Shown here in pieces: positions 56,297-64,000 of a stretch of DNA of 64,000 nt. Origin of the DNA: Trichodelitschia bisporula. Its lineage: Eukaryota. The stretch lies in assembly GCA_010356995.1 (NCBI GenBank), contig ML996689.1:824691-888690 (forward strand). The letters run 5' to 3'. Below the pieces are notes generated by a model that was not told the DNA's origin, did no database searches, and saw only the letters and a program-made list of their open reading frames with translations. Position 1 is the first letter of the stretch. Each line of letters opens with the position of its first letter. Position numbers and translations under genes: made by a program.

Positions 56297-59200
56297 GGAG
56301 CTCAGAGTCATACGAGAGGGATGGAGGCACGGAGTGGTGCCTTTGTCATGCCTGCTTGTCTGTCTTGCTCGTAAGTCTTCTGAAGCAGTGAACAAAGGAT
56401 GACGCTCATCAGAAAGCCGAACCAGAGATGCTGTCTGGTATTGCCACAACTCATCTTTCGCATTGCCAAAGTAGTCGCTCAAGCTGCGCGAGGTTCGAGC
56501 TAGAATCCAGAGAGCTCATCCCTTCCATATCGACTCTAGTCAGCTACGTCAAATACTACCACCGCCCCAGATGCAAGAGTCATCGCCAAGGACTTGGGAA
56601 GTTCTTCATGCGCACAACTTTGGACGAATATACTTTCAGGCGCTTATCAAGCTCGTCAATATCCTAAGCAGATTCAGCGCCATGTCAGAGAATACCCTGG
56701 TGGAGTGACGCGTTCCGCCGATTCGAACTTTCTTTGGATACAGTCTTCCAGTCGAAACATGTCGGGCTTTTAGATCAGTGAGAAGCTCCAGAGTTGGTCG
56801 CACGACATCCGCTGGGCCACTGTCACACCACGGGCTGCCCATGGAGCACAGAAACTTCCACTGGGTCTTCGGAGTCTCCCGTCCAAGCATCCGGCAAGCC
56901 TTGCGGAATCCGACGCAACGTCAGACAAGACCATCTCTTTCCCGTCCGCTGTGGAACGTTGATAGGTGGTTCCACGCGTCCAACGGGCCCATTCGGGCCT
57001 TGCGAGTCTCGACCTGCGAAGCGGAAGAAGGGCAGACAAGCAAGCATTCGCGAGCCTCTTGATGCATCCGCTAAGCGTGCAGAATCGCACAATGACTATC
57101 CCCGTCGCTGCGCGCGTAGAGCCTTCTCGAACGACGATGTTTCACTTCGCAGGACACCGCTTACGACTGCTCGATGCGAAGCGCGGCGTTTGACGTCAAG
57201 TTTTCCCTGCAAGCGCGCGGCCAAGCGGAAGTAACGCCGAAGTCGAGGGCGTACGTTGGTATACTTTCCAGCGCGACGTGACTTGCTAGCGACTCCGGTG
57301 GTCAAACGGTGGTGTGGTTTCGACGGCATCAAGCTTCCGACGGCCCAGTCGTGCGGCACGGCATCGGTACGACCATCCGGCTCGGAAGGAATGCGCGAGT
57401 AAGGTCAAATTAGCTCCATGGGCCAATAACAAAATTAAAGCCTTGCAGCGACCGCCTCAACTCCGTTCGTAACGCCTACAAAGTTGATCGACTCTGAATC
57501 CATTATTGACCAGCCATGAAGACAGCTGCCTCATAGAACGGCTCTCCACGTGCGCTGCGGATGGACCTAGCACGTCAAAGTCTAGATGCATTAACAGCGG
57601 GAGCGTGAAACTGCAGACAGCTCGGATAAAAATGGCAATAGCGTCAACTTGATTGGAAGTTTGCAAAGGCGACGAATCAACAGAGCCCCTCGCCTTACCG
57701 TCATCCAGTATAGCGTCGAGATTGGAAACTCCACGCATCTCACGATACGCATATCGCCGTCGGAGTATTTTGTCGCTCATCGGTTTATGCAAGCAGATTT
57801 TTCCATCTTTGCATCGCCATCTTGGCTGTGATGCAAGGCGGAGATGGGCGCATGACGTACTTGGCGCAGGAACCGGGAGAGAAAGCCAAAACATGGTGGC
57901 GCTGAAATATCAACAGAGTGATGCAGGGAAAGTAGGCTGGCTGAGATGGAGTGCAGCTGATAGGAAAGTCAGTGATTTGCGAATTGCGATCCTCGGCGCG
58001 GGCGCATAAAGAGGCTTGGGCAAGGCTGGAGAAGAGACATCACGATGCAGCATAGCCTTGGCTGACTTTATCGGTTGATGCGACGGCTTTGAGGGGTAGA
58101 AGACGACGTTAGAGAGGGTCGCCAACGTACCGGTGTTTCCAAGCAACCTCTTAATGCCATCAACGGTTGGACAGTGGCGACAGAATGAGGCAGGAGAAGC
58201 GTCTGAATGCCCCACTTGGAGTCGGTAGATTGCGTGGCCTGTGGCTGCAGGGGGGCGGGACTAGTCGAAACAAACGTGGCGTCGAACGATCCCGGGGTAA
58301 GGCTGGCCATGCATCGCCTTCCAGCCATTCAGGTGGCGAGATGCAAATATCCGCGAGCCTCGCCGTGGATCCTCCAAGGAAAATGGATCGAGTTTAAGGC
58401 TGGTGGTGTGGGTAATTCGGAGGATTTTGCCGACGGAGAGCGGCAACTAGAAACGACGGACTGTGTCACTGTGGGGGGAGAGAGATCAAAGCAACGAAGA
58501 TAGCAGATCACAGGCATGAGAAGACAGCGGCTGGGAACAGAGCTAGAGTTCAAGTGAGGTACGTATGTATCTTGCCTGACTCCTGATGATCATCAATTTG
58601 ACGGGCGCATCACCACAGCACTGGCGCACATCCCAGTACGGGCCTGTGACGCCTCCGCCACCCCCCGGGAAAGTGGAAAGCTAAAAGCCAAAAATGGTCG
58701 CTCGACCTCATATTACCTGTAGTGTGCCGCTCTCCGACGTCCGACACGCCGCAAACTTGCAACTTCGTCCTTCCTCTTGCTGTTTATTTGATGCTCTGGA
58801 GCACTCTATCAGCGCACCCTTTTGTCGCTGGTATTTTTGTTTCTCGTCTCGTGTGGTGTTGGATACACTGCTCTACGATCGCCCAGCTGGACTGAGTTGA
58901 GAGAGTTACCTATCCTCTTTGGGACAACACGACCACCTTCCCTCCCCTCCCCTTCCCCACACCCCACTCTCTCTCTCCCTCGCGGACAACTACCCCATTT
59001 CAACAACATCCGGAACTATCCTGACAACAACCGTCCTCAAACACCGCGCCATTCCTTCGAATCTCGACTTTTCACCTTTCGTGCTCACTAAATCACGTCA
59101 GAACACCACACGGATTTGTCTCCGAACGCTTCCTTGCAGTTTCGCTCACATCTGGGAATGTATGTAAACCCCTCTCCGCCGTTCTGGCCGTTCACACCAT

Positions 59201-59800
59201 CTTCCGGTGTGTTTGTGTATCTTTCTCTACCACGCCTTCGGCCGAGTCTAGCCTCTCCCTGTCGTCGCACTTGAGCAACCAGTCAACTGACATGCAATAG
59301 TACAAGCATTGAGAGTCGCAGATAGCTCGAAAATTCCCCCCTGGCCCCGGTCCAGTGCCCTGTGCGCAGCACATCAGCAATATCGAGAGCTTTGCAATCC
59401 ATCCAGCCCGGCCTCCCGCCACTCGACGGACTTAATATCTACGCCGCACCAAACCTGGCATTACCCGTTCACACCGACATCACCAGGGGTGGCCGCTAAT
59501 CTCTAAGGCCGAAACCTTATCGAACCAGTGATATCGGCCGTGAGCGCATTGAGAGCAGCCCCGGATCATCGGTCATCGCCACGCTCCACCTGCTCCAACC
59601 TGGCCTGACGGACCTGCTTTTCATGTGGGCTTCCGCACCTTGATACCTATATCACGCTTTGCCCCGCATCCAGAACCCCTCGACCGCTATCCAACGCCCG
59701 GGCCGTGATATCATCTCCCCCCTCCCCCGCTCACCACGAGGCTGAAGGTGCCGTATATCCGGCTTACAGGCGCTTCGTCTCCACCTGCACATCCTCAACC

Positions 59801-61719
59801 ATGCGCGTCGCCACTCTCGCGCTTCTGGCTGCACAAGGTGTCTACGCCGCTGCTCCTGCCGCCTCACCAGCAGCAGCGGGTGGCGCTCATAGCGCGGCAC
59901 CTGCCGCCGCTGGAGCTTCTAGCAAAGGAGCAAGCAGCCACGCCTCCGGACCTGACCCCGACGATGTCACCAACTGGTACATCATCAAGTGCCTGCTGTG
60001 GGCGTGGCTCGCAGTCGCCGGCAGCACAATCGCATACACCATGTACATGCACTCGGTGCGGTACATCAGGACAGTGGCGTGTCTGAACGACCACAACCAA
60101 AAATTCTTCGCTCGGCCTGTAGGCTGGCAAGGCGCGTTGAAGAAGCACATCTTCGACGCACCGCTGTTCCGCACCCGGCATCATCGCGAATTCCGCCTCT
60201 CGTCGGCGATCAACAACGTCGGCACGCTGCCGAGCAGACTCGAGACTATCTGGATCCTGTCGTATGTGGCCGTTAGCGTTGCGCTTACGGTTATGAATAT
60301 CAAGTGGGGCCTGGGTACGGTCAAGGTCTGCGAGCAGGTTATTAAGCGGACGGGCTTTATGGCTATCATGAACATGATCCCGCTCTTCCTTATCGCCGGT
60401 CGCAACAACCCGCTCATTGGTCTCACGGGTATCAGCTTTGACACCTACAACCTGATCCACCGCTGGCTAGGCCGCATCGTAGCCGTCGAAGCCATCGTCC
60501 ACGGCGCAGCATGGATGATCGAGAAGGTGTACAAGGGCGGATGGGCCGCCGTCGCCAAATCCGAAAAAACAAGCAGCTTCATCCTCTCCGGCACAATCGT
60601 AGGCCCCCCCCCTAATCCCTCCCATCCCATAAACTAACCCCCTAGGCCGCCTGCGCCTTCACCGCTATCCTCTTCCAATCCCCCTCCGCCATCCGCCACG
60701 CCTTCTACGAAGTCTTCCTCCACTTCCACCAAGCCCTCGCCGCACTCGCCATCGGCGGCCTATGGGTCCATCTCGAGAAATTCCAGCACCAGCGCGAGAT
60801 TATCATGGGCGTGCTGGCCATCTGGTGCGCCGAGCGCGTGATTCGCCTCGTCCGCCTCATATATCGCAATGTCTCTGGCTCGCCTACGAAAGCCGAAGTT
60901 GAGCTGCTGCCCGGCGACGCCGTCCGCCTCACGCTGCATATGCCGCGGCCGTGGCGCTTCGCGCCCGGCCAGCACGCGTACTTGTACATCCCGAGCATAG
61001 GGTGGTGGTCCTCTCACCCGTTCACCGTCGCGTGGAGCGAGGACAGTGTCTCCGACGTTGAGATCGAGAAAGGGCTGAGCGTGAGCACCGTGTCGCGGCT
61101 GGACGTGCTCGCCCCCCGCAAGGCCACCATTAGCTTCATCATCCGGCGCCGGACCGGGTTTACGGAGAAACTGTACAGCCGCGCGGTGCGCGAACCCGGA
61201 GGCCGGTTCGTGACGAGTGCGTTTGCAGAGGGCCCGTATGGGGACGGGCATTTGATGCATAGCTACGGAACGTGCATCCTGTTTGCCGCGGGCGTGGGGA
61301 TTACGCACCAGGTGCCGCATGTGCGGGATCTGGTTATCGGGTATAACAATGGGACGGTGGCGGCGCGGCGCGTGACGCTTATCTGGATCATTCAGGCGCC
61401 CGAGCATCTGGAGTGGATTAGGCCGTGGATGACGGAGATATTGGCGCTGCCGCGGAGGAGGGAACTGCTGAAGATTTTGCTGTTCGTTACGCGCCCGCGG
61501 AGCACGAAGGAGATTCATAGCCCGAGTAGCTCGGTGCAGATGTTTCCCGGCAAACCGAATGTGCAGAGTGTGATTGATCAGGAGGTTGAGGGGAGTACGG
61601 GCGCGGTGGGGGTTACGGTGTGTGGTGTTGGGGGACTGGCGGATGAGGTTCGGAAGGGGTGTAGGGCTTGGATGGGGAAGGTCAATATTGAGTTTGTGGA
61701 GGAGAGTTTTTCGTGGTAG
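59801..61719 (+). CDS. Ferric/cupric-chelate reductase (FRE family)
   Basis: Signal peptide; heme His pairs (HRWLGR..H, FLHFHQ..H); GRNN; FAD motif HPFT; NADPH motifs EGPYG and AAGVGIT; C-terminal EESFSW. Intron 60599-60645. Confidence 0.93.
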
Positions 61720-62288
61720 ATTTTTCCCCGATGGGATGGCTTTTTTTTTCCGGCGATGAGGATGCTGGTTTTGCGGGGATACCATGTTTTGCGTGATCAT
61801 GAGGGATGTGGTACATAGACCGAGAATAGCGATTATCTCGGGTTTCTGAAGCACGCGCTACTGATGTGGAAGCCGGTGATGCCTCCTACTGCTACGCTGA
61901 CTCGGACACCAGTACCCAACCTACCGCTGTGTTACCATCCGGACCCGTTTCCGCTCGCGAACCTGCTCGGCCAGGAACAAAGCAGGTACACCCGTACCGA
62001 CAGGGGCACCATCCACGGGGCGCCGGCGTACACAAAAGCCATGGAAACCGATAAACACAAATCCACGGGACATTATGCGGCGATGGCATGCAGCACGCGG
62101 CAACGCGGCAAGCATAATCGCCGCACAAAGCCGCGCATAAAAAACTTGCTCACCACCACGTGGAGACCAACCGTATGGGGAAACCATGTTACAAGGAACC
62201 GATGACCGGGAACAATCATTACCATCACACATTCCAAAACCATCTGGCAATTGGCATATCCAGCTTTGGGTGGTAATTACGGCGCTGG

Positions 62289-62660
62289 TCACGGGCAGAG
62301 CGGCGCCGGGGTAGGCGGCTTTTTGGGGAAATACGCAGCGAGGACTGGATTGGGATGTTCCGTGGGCATGGGGATATGGGGTGGCGATCGATCGGGCTGG
62401 GGGGTGGTGTGGTGCACAGATGGGGATGGGTATTGCGAACGGTATTTAGCGTGTGATGCGAGGCTCGGGCATGGAGAGGTTCGGATTGGGGGTGGTGGTG
62501 GTTGGCGAGGGCCATCAGGGTCGGCAGCCAGGCACGACATCTCGGATCGGTCTCGGAACGTTAATACCAACACCCTAGAAGCCGCCATCGTCATTCCGAG
62601 GTGCGTGCGAGACAGGACGTCGGCGAGAACCATGTGAAGCCGTTCTGCGTCCGTAAGCAT
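62289..62660 (-). CDS. Hypothetical Pro-rich protein
   Basis: 123-aa ATG ORF preceded by a C-rich leader and a TATA-like AATATAAA at about 62830. No recognisable domain. Confidence 0.25.
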   Translation of the reverse strand: MLTDAERLHMVLADVLSRTHLGMTMAASRVLVLTFRDRSEMSCLAADPDGPRQPPPPPIRTSPCPSLASHAKYRSQYPSPSVHHTTPQPDRSPPHIPMPTEHPNPVLAAYFPKKPPTPAPLCP

Positions 62661-64000
62661 GGATACAGACGTACGGGTTGCCTGTGAGGTGGGAGAGGTG
62701 TTAGGATAAGGTTTGCGGTAGAAGGGGTTCGTCCGGGCGTGGGATAGGTCGATATGGGAATGAGCAGGTTTTGGTTGGCTGGGAGGAGTTGGTGACGGCG
62801 GGATGGGCGGGGGGGTGGGAGGTTTATATTACTTTCCGTGGAGAGGTGAAGCCTTGCTTGTCTTAAGGGCTGGGTTATAGGACGACTCGGCCGAAGGCGA
62901 ACGGAGTCCGTGATGGGCTGGGGGGGCTAAGGATGCTTGGTGTGGCTTGGTGAGTCTTGATGTGGCAGTGGGTGCTTGCTGGTAAATTGCACGCCGGATA
63001 TACGAAGCAAAGCGGAGGACCAGCGTCAAGAACCTCAACAGACATGCTACACGAGGTACACAAATGGCGAGCTCCAAAAGCCAGGAAAATACCGGCATTG
63101 TGTAGACACTAAAATATGTCAGAGAACAGTCCGGTGAAGTTGGAGCCGATGCCCATCGCCATGACGATTGAGTGACGCAACCACAAGTCCAGGCCGAAGT
63201 ACCCGGCTAGCAGATCGAAGTGTGGTTCTCGGGAGGTCATCACTGCGTCAAAGCTGACGTTCTGCAGCAAACCTCCATATAGTTGACATAATGCTAAATA
63301 TGGTGCATTCCCGCCCACAACATCGCCGCTTACACTCCTAGTATCGCCGTCGGCAAATACACGTCGTCTACCCAGAGAATATTGGACTCACTAGTGAGTT
63401 CTATATGCCGAAACCGCCGGCATCAAAGTTCTTCGAGCCGGGCTGACAGCGAAGGTCACCCCAATCAGTCATTGGTCTCTTGATACCCAAAGTCAGTATC
63501 TATTCCAAGCATATAGAGACTCAGCTGAGACTTGAAGATAACAGAGGACATAAGATAGTCTTTCTGTACGCGAACGTCCACATTGTGGCTTCAATCCCAG
63601 TATGAAGATGCCACCAGCTTTGCGGGAAGAAGTGCCGAGCACGAACCGGAGCGCATTCTGCGGAATCAATCCTAGACGCTGGCACACAATGAATGGGGCC
63701 CGAACGGTGGTAAGAGATAGGCCCGCCGTTCACGAGCACCCAGAGTCGACGCTCAAAATTCTGCATTGGTACGTGTCCTGAAGCCCGCCCGAGGCTCTTT
63801 GGCTTTGGATACTGATAGTCGTTGCCAGTGACATGCCATCAGATCGCTGAACAGGGCTTATGGTGCAGTAAAGAAGCTTCATCGATGCTGAGAATGTGCA
63901 ATCTCAAGCGGAGAATGGCAGTTCACAGTCGTCCGGCAGGATCTTAAGATGCGGGAACTGGGACTGAGGGCATATTGATGACGAGGTTTGGGACGAAATC

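Noticed and set aside
56400..58500. MLHRDVSS in ORF 57910-58215 suggesting a FunK1-type kinase; other broken protein-like ORFs
   Set aside because: No other kinase motifs (Gly-rich loop, DFG/DLD) are in register. It may be decayed coding DNA, but I cannot assign it.
17233..61854. Many long antisense or alternate-frame ORFs (e.g. 17233-17949, 20262-21050, 29545-30579, 48125-49060, 60760-61854)
   Set aside because: These are shadow ORFs caused by high GC3 in the real genes.
63100..64000. RRLWVL resembling the HET-domain W..R.W..QE motif
   Set aside because: QE and the other HET motifs are lacking, and the frames are broken.

Overview
Gene-dense fungal nuclear DNA from a filamentous ascomycete. 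Short (about 44-60 nt) GT-AG introns with CTAAC/CTGAC branch sites and a dispersed 5S rRNA gene indicate Pezizomycotina; Dothideomycetes is my inference from gene content. Recognisable genes are a Hos4-like ankyrin protein (runs off the left edge), Dfg10 polyprenol reductase, an intron-containing tRNA-Asn, a Poa1/TARG1-type macrodomain, Rieske Fe-S protein, adenylosuccinate synthetase (10 introns, one 7-nt micro-exon), a Rib2-like deaminase, GAR synthetase, Elp6, a Chk2-type FHA kinase, a J-domain protein, 5S rRNA, a Msg5/Pmp1-like dual-specificity phosphatase, RPL4, a cutinase, a Nudix hydrolase, Sen15 and a ferric reductase. There are also several secreted or orphan genes and decayed ORFs. 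The most notable observations are (i) a secreted protein with the HH / HxH / Met pattern of copper type-II monooxygenases (Nod19-like), (ii) a diverged tandem pair of orphan helical-bundle genes next to the 5S gene, (iii) a spliced, internally deleted Prp5 helicase derivative, (iv) a monofunctional GAR synthetase lacking the AIRS half and using a GC-AG intron, and (v) a recent 174-nt in-frame duplication in the MAPK phosphatase tail. I saw no intact transposon. There is one 10-N assembly gap. All family assignments come from motif recognition by eye; no database searches were run.
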